In this document: piece after piece, positions 11,030-21,880 of the stretch
Numbering within the stretch: position 1 is the stretch's first letter
Layout of the letters: each line of letters starts with the position of its first letter
From: Trypanosoma brucei
Taxonomy: Eukaryota
Assembly: GCA_000002445.1 (NCBI GenBank)
Contig: CP000070.1
Span: 1,664,001-1,728,000, forward strand
Length of the DNA: 64,000 nt
Reading direction: 5' to 3'
The notes under the pieces: model-generated
Seen by the model: the letters and a program-made list of their open reading frames with translations, nothing else
Database searches by the model: none
What the model was told of the DNA's origin: nothing
Position numbers and translations under genes: made by a program

Positions 11030-11780
11030 CTTCTGTATTTATTTATTTGTTTATTTGCTCAAAAGTTCGTGGGGGCGTTTATTATCAACACAAACCAAAG
11101 GAAAAAGAAAAAAAGAAAGAAAAAAAGAAATCAGCATCTTCTTTTCTCCTTCCTCCATGCAAGTCACACACACATATTTTTAGTACTGCACACTGCTAAA
11201 CAAAACAAAACAAAACAACAACAACAACAACAACAACAAATGCTCAAGAGACTTTAATAATTTTTAAAGGAGAAAAAATCAAAAACTGAAAACGAATGCG
11301 CAGTTGTTGCTTTTGTTGTTGTTGTTTCCCCTCCATTTTTTTTTCTTTTTGACACGCAAGTTTTCTTTTCCGCCTCTGCCTTCATTTCCTGTTTTCACTT
11401 CCACCCACACTCCCTTTACATATATATATATGTAAATAAATATTTTTTTAAATAAATATAATTTGGAGGAAGCGGAGAAGCTGCGGCCTCAACATTTGGT
11501 AATATTCCCTGAAACCAAAATTCCTTCCATACATTCATTCACTTTTCCACGCATTCATTTATTTGATTCAAACGAAATGATGTCAACATTTATTCAAATT
11601 TCATCACTCACTAAAACAAAACAACAACTTCTTCCCAATCCTTCACCCAATTAACCACACATCCACTCATTTTATATTCATTCCCCCTGAACTTTTGAAA
11701 CATAAACAAAATACGTCACGGCAGCAGCAGCAACAGCAGCAGAATAATAATAATAAGAAGAAGAAAAAAAAGAAAGAGGA

Positions 11781-11786
<6 letters not shown>

Positions 11787-11812
<26 letters not shown>

Positions 11813-11814
11813 GT
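11787..11814. repeat. (AGT)9 trinucleotide repeat, preceded at 11716-11750 by an imperfect (CAG/CAA)n run
   Basis: ggtagtagtagtagtagtagtagtagtagtg, seen directly in intergenic sequence. Confidence 0.9.
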
Positions 11815-12433
11815 GAAATAAAAACAAAACAAAACTCAAAAGAGGGAGGCACAATTCATTTCCATATCTCATTTTCTCATATTTTTTTTCTTTCTTTTTT
11901 TCCTTTTTTTCTTTGTTATTTGTTTTTCTTTAACATTTATATATATATATATATTTTTTTTTTATTTATGTGTCCATTTATTTATTTATTTTGCTCGTCA
12001 CGGTGAACACCACACACGCACAAAAACAAAAAAACAAAAAAAGTGGGGAAAGAGTGTGGGCCAACAGAGACCAACTCAAAGAAAACAATTAAGTACTGAG
12101 AAGGGGCAATAAACGCGCGCGAGAGAACGTCACAATAAAACAAACACACACACACACACACACACAAAACAAAAAACAAAAAACAAAAAAAGAAACAATA
12201 TCTCATAAGTAACACTCAAGCAGAACAACTGTGTAGTCCAAATAAAAAAAAAGGATGGAGAAAAGAAAAAAAAAAAAGAAACACATGGAACCAAAAAAAA
12301 AAGGAAGAGAAGAGAAGAAAAAGAAAGAAACGCCAACGTGGAAACCACAGCAGTGATAACATGAGCAACAACTACTCTACCAAAAGCGCCCAAAAATAAC
12401 AAACTCAGAGCCAACGCCTCTCAAAGCAGTACA

Positions 12434-13063
12434 TCACAAATCATCTTCACATGTGCAACAGAATTTCATGCAACGCCGCACCCGCGACAAAAACGAAACA
12501 TTACCAACATCCACAACACTTCCAGATCCCTCCACTCCTGCTGAAGCGTTGACTACCGAAGGAGGTTTCGTGTCCAACACACGACCATGAACTCCACCTG
12601 CCGTTACCATAAATGTTGTTCCTGATGATGCTGATGTCATTGTTGATGTTGTTGCACGACCCTTCCGTTGCGAAGGTGACACTTCAGAGGGACGCTGGGA
12701 TTGTCTCCCCGTATGCATTGGTAATCCATCACCACGTAACACAATCATACACACGGGACAAATGGGGGAACGCTGCCGCCAATCCTCAACACATTGCAGG
12801 TGGAAACTGTGACCACAACCCACCACCACGGCGGGGTTCTCATGTGTGAATGATTCAAGACATATGGGACACATGGAGGTTTGATATTTACCCACAACAA
12901 ATGATTCCTCTTCAGATGACTCCTTGTTGACTTTACTGAAGGCGCTGTGACTGCAGAGCGGGGCGGTTGGAGAATCCCTCGCATCGGAGAGGGGCGTCAT
13001 GGGCGATTGTGGCATTTTCCCCCATGGGGCTGAACAGCCGCCGCAATTCCCGTCTTTGCTCAT
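12434..13063 (-). CDS. RING-H2 zinc-finger protein (probable E3 ubiquitin ligase), ~209 aa
   Basis: CPICLESF...VVVGCGHSFHLQCVEDWRQRSPICPVCM is a canonical C3H2C3 RING-H2. The track start at 13090 is a TTG codon. The first ATG is at 13061-13063 (MSKDGNCGGC). Confidence 0.75.
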   Translation of the reverse strand: MSKDGNCGGCSAPWGKMPQSPMTPLSDARDSPTAPLCSHSAFSKVNKESSEEESFVVGKYQTSMCPICLESFTHENPAVVVGCGHSFHLQCVEDWRQRSPICPVCMIVLRGDGLPMHTGRQSQRPSEVSPSQRKGRATTSTMTSASSGTTFMVTAGGVHGRVLDTKPPSVVNASAGVEGSGSVVDVGNVSFLSRVRRCMKFCCTCEDDL

Positions 13064-13231
13064 ACTAACGAACGTATAATTTAACAGCAACGCCAGTCGC
13101 CGGTGCTACTCCGATTTGGTGCCAACAACAGCCAGCAAATACGAAGGAAGGTGAATAAACAAAACAAAACGAAAAATAAATGACTTACGCGAACACAAAC
13201 ACGAATGATCTTTCAGTCTACCACTTGTCCC

Positions 13232-13253
13232 CCTCCTCCTCCTCCTCCTCCTC
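13232..13253. repeat. (CCT)7 repeat, with a second (TCC)8 at 23648-23673
   Basis: Seen directly. Confidence 0.85.
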
Positions 13254-14521
13254 GTTGCGTAACACCAGTATATGAAGGGATGCTGAACCTGGAAAGTTTC
13301 CCGTCAAAAATATGTAAGCACCTAGAGATATAGATTTAAGGTTTTTTTTTTCTCCCCCTCCCTCCCTTCTTTGTGTCTTTTGATTTGTTCGTTCGTCCGC
13401 CCTCACTTCCGCGAGCCACACGCCCAGTCGTATCGGCCCTTTAATCCCAATTTTCCTTCCCACTATGCACACAGTTCCTAATGAAAATTTACTTCTCTCC
13501 TCTTGTCGTTTTTGGTGTTTCGCTCTCTTGAACTTCCACCTCTTCTCTTACCGGTTCCTTTTCTTGCTACTATTACCTTTTTTTTTTCAATCTTCCTTCC
13601 CCTCCTTGCACTTTATATATATAATTTTTTTTCTTTTTAAGTTTCTTTCCTATATTTCTTTTTCCCTTTGTTGACACCCCTCTCTTTCCCTAATAATCAC
13701 TAGAAATATATGAGCAGAGAAATATATATGCAAACACTTGTACCTATATGTATGTGTATGTTTATGTTTATGTATGTGTATGCGTGTATATAAGTACACT
13801 TGCCCTACTGCGTTACCTTAATTACACCACTCACCTGTCAGTTCCTACCTTCTGTGGGAGCGGGGAGGGTAAAATAAAACCCAAACCAACTCAACAAAAG
13901 AAAAGAAAAGAAATCACAAACCTGAGCGACGGCGCACGGCAGCAGTGCACCCCGCCGTGATCTGAATTTCAGCACCCACAAAAACACAAACAGGCGGGTG
14001 AACAGAAGAAAGAGACAAAATAAAAGTAGAAAAAGAAAAAGAGAGAAACGGTTGAGAAGTGGAAACAGTGCAACTTTAAGCGCATATCGATGAATACACG
14101 TGAATGTACAGGAAAGATATGGAGAGAAATAACCCCGTTAACGTGGAGCAACCAACAGATGATGTAATGATGGTAATGATAAAAGTAATTATCATTTATT
14201 ATTGTAAAAACTGTACCAGGTGACACATTGACACACAGACCATCTGCTCGCCAATGATTGGTTCTTCTGAGGTAAAAAGTGGCATAAATCGAGTAAGAAG
14301 CTTACATAACTAACCACATCGAAAAAAAAAAAAATAAAGAGGACAATAACACAAACGGTAAGATCAACAACACCGCTCACATACAAGCACACATTATGCG
14401 CACATATGTATAATATATATATATATAAAGACTGAGAGTTCATAACCAAATAACTCCAACTAACAAGAGAAAAGTAATAACACCAGCATGCGATATAAAT
14501 CATGACTCACGTTGCATTCAA

Positions 14522-15376
14522 TCAATCGGCAGGACTGTTACCACCTGTACTTTCAGAAATATTATTATAACCGAAATCGTCCCCAGAGCCTCCACCATGT
14601 ACAAATCGGCCAGGGAAGAGAAGACGTTTCACAACTGTTGGGGCAAGTCGCTTGGGATCGGTATCCACCACTTCACCAGCAAGTTGTCGCCGTCGCTCCT
14701 CCTCCTCCTGTTGGGTCATAAATGCATAAAATTTTGGGTCCAGTAGCCGCAGCGCTCCCTCCAACAGGTGCCTCACCACTACAAGAGAAAAAATAACCGC
14801 CACCAGGCCCATCATGACATACGACATCACAGCGAAGAGAGTCACATGCAAACTAGCAGAATTTCCAGAGGCGAGACCACGGCGAAGCGTAGGAGCCGCA
14901 CCATTTTGATGCCAAAGGCTCGTTGGGTTAGTGGCCATTGCATAAGCCGTTTGGATCATGTCGTATCGCTCAGTTCCATTTCCACTCACCGCCTCTACTC
15001 GTTGCTGACTATCTGGATGTGTCTCTAATACGAGCTCACGATACCGGGCGCGTACTTCCGGTAATTCAGCATGATCAGGGAGTCCCAAAATGCGCAATGG
15101 GGAGCCATGACGCTGCAACCATAACTGCTCCTGTTCTAATATTTGTACACGCTCCATGCCGCGTTGCATGCCCGTTGCCATACGAGAGCGGAGACGTTGA
15201 GGTGTGAGGGCTACGAAAAGAGAGCGTAAAAAAAGCGTTACACGGCCAGGGCGAAAGCTGTGATTTTCACCAGTGGTGATGCACCTTGCGGAAGTGCCGG
15301 AACACACAAGGGGCTGCAGTGTCATGAGTGCCGCACGCCGAACGCTACGGTTCATGGCTACTGGTATGGGTTTCAT
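14522..15376 (-). CDS. J-domain (DnaJ/Hsp40) protein with an Arg-rich N-terminal presequence-like segment and one TM helix C-terminal to the J domain, ~285 aa
   Basis: The J domain LRILGLPDHAELPEVRARYRELVLETHPDSQ carries the HPD motif. A hydrophobic helix follows (LHVTLFAVMSYVMMGLVAVIFSLVVV). The N-terminus MKPIPVAMNRSVRRAALMTL looks mitochondrial. The track ORF is extended by about 130 aa of UTR read-through. ATG verified at 15374-15376. Confidence 0.8.
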   Translation of the reverse strand: MKPIPVAMNRSVRRAALMTLQPLVCSGTSARCITTGENHSFRPGRVTLFLRSLFVALTPQRLRSRMATGMQRGMERVQILEQEQLWLQRHGSPLRILGLPDHAELPEVRARYRELVLETHPDSQQRVEAVSGNGTERYDMIQTAYAMATNPTSLWHQNGAAPTLRRGLASGNSASLHVTLFAVMSYVMMGLVAVIFSLVVVRHLLEGALRLLDPKFYAFMTQQEEEERRRQLAGEVVDTDPKRLAPTVVKRLLFPGRFVHGGGSGDDFGYNNISESTGGNSPAD

Positions 15377-16050
15377 AAATCCACACTCCCTTTTGTATTT
15401 TTTTCTTTTTTTTTTTGGTTTTGTTTTGTTTCCTCCCCACCTCCACTTCCAGTTACAAATGACTTCAGGAGAGTGACAATGCAACGCGCAAAACTGAGAA
15501 ATAAAAACATAAAACAACAAAATATGAGCATGGGAACATGTGCAGTAACACAAAGAACAGACAGACAGACAGACGACTACAGTTGGCACTGGAGAAGAGA
15601 GAGAGAGAGAGTGAGTGAGTGAGTGAGATAATAGCGATATTTTAGCGCTAACGCAGGAGGTCGTCTCAAGAGTCAAGCATAATATTGACAAGAGAGGTGT
15701 CGCAACTACAACCTCCTTCAAGAAAGAATTGCATCCTTTGCGCACGAACCCCCTCCTCCTGGGTGTAAACAAAGTTTATTATTAATGCCAAATAATTCCA
15801 ACAGAGAGCAGCGGCAACACCAATAACAGCGCAACACGAGTAGAAAGCGAAGACAACCAACCAAATGATCTCCCCTGTTAGCCTCACAGCGGCTCTGCCA
15901 CGGCCAGCAAACATACAAACACACAAACGGACAGAAAGGTACACAAACTGTCCTCACTACAAGCAAATGTGATAAAAAGATGTTGAGAAGAGAAAAAAAG
16001 GCAAATACTGGATACCCAACATAACACTCTTCTGATTTCTACGCGACACG

Positions 16051-16836
16051 CTACAAGTCGTAAAAGCGGCACATAATCGCGCGTGAGTCAAATACACTGC
16101 CGTGAAGCTCCGCCACAACATTAGCGGCACTAGACTTCGAGGAAAGTGTGCATACAAGCGCCACATGATCGTCAAAAGCAGGCGGTTCCAGTTCCTCCTT
16201 CGCCTCACCGCCATTCGATTCCTCCTCCCCATTTGTTGGCGCCCTCCTCTCCTCCATCTTTAGTCGTTTCCCCACTGGTTCCAAATCCACCTCTCCATCC
16301 CTGTCACCTCCACCGCCACCGCTGCCGCATGCATCACCACCGTCATCCACAAGCACTTGATAATTGATTATTTTCTCCTTGGCGACCTCCTCTACTTTGC
16401 CCAACACCGCCCGCAGTAACTCATCCAGTGGCCCTTCACTCAGTGAAAGATGTCGGTACATCTGCAGTGAAACAAAATTTGTTAACAGGACATGCGGCGA
16501 CGGAACACCGAATGCGGGGGTTCCTTGTGGGTCCAGAAGCCGTTTCCGTCTCTTGTAGAGCGCCTTCTCCCGTTTCCGCTGTTCCCAGCGCCTCTCAATA
16601 TCCTTAATGATACACCTCACAATATCATCCACGGTCGCATGCTGCAGGGCAGTTTCCTTCACCACGCGATTCATCCAAAACCCCGCCACGGCATCCCATT
16701 GTTTCTCAAAGAAGTTATGATTCGACCGCTCCTTTACACTTTCAGGCATGCGGAGGTCTTGCCGTGTGAACTGAAGCCGCCTGCCAGTGCTGCCCCAAAT
16801 GACGAGAGCCGAAGACGTGGTGCCCGACGTGTCCAT
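16051..16836 (-). CDS. Hypothetical protein, 261 aa, acidic and Gly-rich middle; C-terminal ...LHGSVFDSRAIMCRFYDL tail reminiscent of a UHM/RRM-like beta4 strand
   Basis: ATG verified at 16834-16836. Codon usage matches the neighbouring genes. No firm domain call is possible from sequence alone. Confidence 0.5.
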   Translation of the reverse strand: MDTSGTTSSALVIWGSTGRRLQFTRQDLRMPESVKERSNHNFFEKQWDAVAGFWMNRVVKETALQHATVDDIVRCIIKDIERRWEQRKREKALYKRRKRLLDPQGTPAFGVPSPHVLLTNFVSLQMYRHLSLSEGPLDELLRAVLGKVEEVAKEKIINYQVLVDDGGDACGSGGGGGDRDGEVDLEPVGKRLKMEERRAPTNGEEESNGGEAKEELEPPAFDDHVALVCTLSSKSSAANVVAELHGSVFDSRAIMCRFYDL

Positions 16837-19800
16837 CAGAAGCGTGGGTTTAAAGAAATCAAATGTTTAATGCAACGGGTGAGTTCAGTGTTTGTGTGAA
16901 GAGAAACCGCGCCTTCCCTCAACCTCCTCCCCCCCCCCTCTTTTCCTCCTCCACAGTTAGCGCCTCTTCCAAGTGGGAAATGTATCTCTTAATGAAAAAT
17001 ATATATATCTGTGAAGGCGGTGAAACGCGCTCACCACTAGCAGGTGGCGACAATATTGACAATAATAAATATTATTATTAATATCAATGTTATTAATATT
17101 AGAGGTAGTAATAACAACGCCTTTTCGCCTGCTTGTGTCTTCTCAAATCCCTTAATTTTACCCGTTAAATATGGAATCAGTAACGGACACCTTGACAAGC
17201 GTAGTGGAATTACAGAATTTGAGAAAGAAAGAAAGGAAGGAAGGAAGAAAGGAAAAAGAAGAGATAAGTGAGCACAAGGGAATATCACACACACATATAT
17301 ATATAGATATCAATATACGTGTACACGCATATTTTCACCGTCTATCCGTTGTTCCACTGGAGAAAAAAAGTTAGGAATTGCGCAAACACAGCGACATACA
17401 CACACAAGGAGGGAGAGAGAAAGAAAAAGAGAAAAAGAGAAAAAGAGAGAGAGATAAAAAGAAAAAATTCATACATTACGAAAAACAAAAGAAATTGAAT
17501 GACGGCTAGTGAATTGGAGAGAAGCACCGGATTTTTTTTAAAAAAAAAAGCACACAAACACACACGCCCGCACTGGCACAAAACTCCCCACCTCACACAA
17601 CCACAAAGAGAGAAAAAAAAAAAAAGAAAAACACATACACATACACAAACACAAACACCTCCCCGTCGTCAACGCCACTTTTACCTCCACACTATTACCG
17701 CTTTTAATTATTACTTTTTTTTTCTTTTTCTTCTTCTATTCATTCTGGAACTATTTCCTTATTTTTCACTTATTTGTTTGTTTGGTTGCCGCCGTTCTTC
17801 CATCTATCTATCCTTATATAAATATATATATATATATATTTATTTATTTATATTTTTTGAATTACGATGCCACAGTGAAGAGAAACGGTTGGTTGTAGCT
17901 GCATGCCTAATGATTATTATAATCATAATATATATATATATATATTTTTTTTCAGTTATTTATATTTATACACGAACACACCATACACAAACAAAAAAAA
18001 AGGGAAACAACTTTACATGTATGTGCCTCTTTTCTTTGTTCGAATATATTCATTCACCTTTTTATTTTTATAAGCATTTCGATCACACATATACATACCT
18101 ATATGAAGACGATTGAACAGCAAATAAATAAAAAAAGGAAAATGAAAAATAAAGCGAAATGATGATGAAAACAAAAAAACGAGTGATTAACGAAGGAAGA
18201 AAACGGAAGCGGACAGGGGACAGGGGACAGGGTGGAGGGGAAAAAAAAAAAGTCAGTAACACTACTCACGGAAAGAAAAAAAAGGAAAAAAAGAAGAAGA
18301 AGAAGAAGGGACGGGTAAAAATAAAAACAGTAAGAAAAATAGAAAAAAAAGTGTGAAGAACAGAAACAATTACAAACAAACAAACAAAGTCAAATAAAAT
18401 CAGATAAATTATACAAACCATAAATATTCGTATACATGTGTACGCCGAGTTACTACGCACTAACACACATGGGTATGGTCACACATGCCAGAGTCTGTAG
18501 GACGTTGGGTAGGAAAAACCAAAAAAAAAAAAACAAAGTTGCAGATCGATGTTAGTTGATGGAAGTATTTTATAAAGGAAAGAGGAGGGAAAAAAAAAAA
18601 AGAACAACAACAACAACAAATGAAAGTAAAAATGAAAATGAAATTTTTAACAAAAGTAACAGACCGAATGGAAGCGACTCCATTTTAATGTTTCGTCACT
18701 CGCTCTGTTATTTCCTGTTCTTTACTCACTTCCTTTTTATTCCCGTTTAACTCTTTCACTTCCATATCATATTGTATAACTTCACTCCACTTTTACAGGC
18801 TCTGTCACTAACTTCATCTTTATTTTATCTTAAATATTTATTTTATTTTACTTCCCCGCTTCTAATTTTAAAGAAAGAAAGAAAAGAAACTTAAATTAAA
18901 TTAAATAAGCGAGAACAAAAGAATCATTCCTCCCCACTTACTTTTCATAGAATCAGTTTCTGTTACTTTTATTGTTTATTAGTACGCTTCTTTCATTCCT
19001 TTTCTTTAAAAAAAAAAATATATATATATATATATTATTCCCCTCTTCCTCCTCCTCTCCCGCCTCCCGCCTCCCGCATGCGCTAATGCTTAAAAGAAAA
19101 AAAGAAAAAAAAAGGAAAGAAATCACCTCCCATACGGTTCCATTCCTTAAACTAAATCTTTTCTTTTTCCTTTTTTCTTTCTCCTTCTCCATCTCTTCCT
19201 TTTCTTTATTTTTATTTTTATTATTAAATACACAAACACACACAACTGTATGCCTATGCATCATTGCCGAGAGCAGTTGTTAACTCATCGACAAATATTT
19301 GTTTTTCTTCACATTTCTGAAAAAGAACATCAAAACAACAAAAAGCATATTAACATAAATACATGTAAATAAATATACATTTTAGAAAGAAAAAAAAGAA
19401 AAAAAATAAGTGTGAGATGTCATACGCCTGTGTTAGCAAACACAGCTAAAATATATCCGCGCAAAAAAAAAAAAACACCATCACAGGCACTCCCCTTACG
19501 CATCCGTTTTTCTTGTTTTTGTTGTTGTCGTTTCAACAACAATAAAAATAAGAAATATTCATCCATTTCGCTTTAAATATTGATCCTCTTTCATAGCAGC
19601 ATATATATAAACATATATATATATATACAAACACACACACACACACACACACATCCATGATAATACCTCGAATTATCATTATTATTGTTATTGTTGTTAT
19701 TGTTATCATTCGTTTGCCCCACCAGTGAAAACAAAAAAAACAAAAATTATGAATTACCCCTTTAATTCCCCGTCCCATTACCATCACAACAACAATAACC

Positions 19801-21752
19801 AGCGCCCAATAATAATAATAATAAAAGTGATAGATAATAACAATAGTACAAAATACATAATACACAAATAATTTCAATAATAGTAACAACATGAAAATCA
19901 GAAGCAGAAAAGAATGAAAAAAAGAAAAAGAAAGAAAGGGGGCGAAAGAGGGGAAAGGAGGAATGAGCGCAGTGACACCAATAATAATAATAATAACAGT
20001 ATCAATAAATATTAATTAATATTAATAAATAAATAAATAAGTGAGGGAAACGTAATTAAGAAATGGGACGAAAGGGACCAACATCCCTTCAGACAACCGC
20101 AACAAAACAAAACAGATACAACTAAAAGTGGTGTCGCTCAGTCACACAGGAACAATAACGATACCGCTGGGATGGGATGGTGGAAGAGGAATGAATAAAT
20201 GACGAAAATTAAAATAAGAAGGAAAAAAAAAACGTAAAGGAAGAAACCGGAAAGCAAAGGTATCGTAGTAAATAGGAATGGGAAGGGCAAGGAAAGACGA
20301 AAAGGTAGAAACGTAAAAGTAAAAAAAAGAGAAAAATAAGGAGAAAAAGAAAAAAAGCTGTCAATCGTACCAACAAACAGCAGCAACAGCACCACCGGCA
20401 ACATTCACATGTGAAGAGAGCTACAAATATATTTAAAAAAAAAAATCGGTGACAAACAGAAGAAACGGCAACAAACCAAACCAAACCAAACACAAAGTGA
20501 TAATTTTTTTTAAAAAAAGTCAGTAAGAACACAAAAAAAAAAACGAAAGGGTAAAGGGAGAGGAAAGTGAAGCGAGTGCCCACATATTCACTTATTTACA
20601 TGTTTGGAACATCGAGAGGAGAAAGCACCCAAAACAAAAGACAAACGAACAATATTTTATTTATATTTATTTATTTGCTTATATTTAAAAAGAAGAGTTT
20701 TTTTTTTAAAGTTCTTGCGTTCGGGTGTCGGGGAAGGAGGAAACTGAAAAAGTGGCGTACGTGTGTCTGTGTCTGTGTGTGTGTGTGTGTGCCTATGGAC
20801 CAATAAATTAATAAAAGGGGAAAATAAATAAAAAAACGAATGAAAGAGAAGCTCCGCAAAAGTTGAAAATGAGAGTAAACTTAACAGAAGAAAAAAGACA
20901 AAAAGATGCAGCGGCGCAAATCGACAATAAAAAGAAGAGGTTACGACGAGTCAGTGAGAATTATTCATTAATACACATATAAATGGATCCGCATGTCTCC
21001 CTCATCTATCCGTCACAACCGTCATGAATGAAAAAGCGAATCGATTAGCACACGCCACCGGCAAACACAGCGAATGAAAGGGAGAAAACAAGAAAGAAAG
21101 AAAGAAGGACCTCCACAAATGTCGTTTCACTCTTATTATTATTATTATCACCATCAATATTATTCCCTTCCCTTTTTCTTTCTTCTGTCCTTCCTGTTGT
21201 CGCTAATCTCCAACGATTTCACGAACAATAAACATAAACATAAAACGCACACAAAAAACAAAACAAAAAAAAAGAATCATCACAATCTCATCATTTGTCT
21301 TCTCCCCGCGTATCATCTTGGTCGTTTTTAAACCTTTCTGGCGGTCTTATGCTCTCCCATCCAACCTTTGCTCTCGTTCCTCTTTTCTTTTCATTTTCGT
21401 TTTTTATTTTTCTTTCATTAAAAAAGGCAAATCATACGCAAAGTGCAAAACGAACACGAAAACTGTACTCAGCATCCTTTCTTCCTCTCCATCACTTTAC
21501 ATCCCTTTCACCTTTCCTCCCTCTTCCCCTTCGTTTTAAATCATGCTGAAACGTTTTTTTTTCTTTTCCCCTCCCCTCCCGCCTCCTTCCCCTAAAAAAG
21601 ACATCATCATCATAGGCATGAATTGTACGGGAAGGGGGGGGGGAGGTCCCCCTTTTAGGTGGCAGTGGTGGTGATGTTTCATATGCTTTGTTTTAGTTTC
21701 ATCAGCAAAAAAAAAATGCTCCATTCACCTCGTACATATCTTTTCATTGACT

Positions 21753-21754
<2 letters not shown>

Positions 21755-21794
<40 letters not shown>
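21755..21794. repeat. (CA)20 microsatellite
   Basis: Perfect cacaca... run, seen directly. It lies about 90 nt downstream of the kinase-LRR stop on the transcribed strand. Confidence 0.95.
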
Positions 21795-21795
<1 letters not shown>

Positions 21796-21880
21796 TCTTT
21801 CCTTTTCTCCCTTTTCCTTTTTTTTTCTTTTCCTCTTCATCTCATTTCACTACAATCATCTGCAAGTGTTGTTTTAATAT

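Noticed and set aside
17499-18116. Long ORFs in spacers, for example 17499..18116 (+, 205 aa), 7250..7616 (+), 46944..47393 (-), 52390..52797 (+) and 56421..56960 (-)
   Set aside because: They are translations of homopolymer and microsatellite DNA (K, F, Y, N, L runs). Several have the wrong strand for the transcription unit. They show no coding-like composition.
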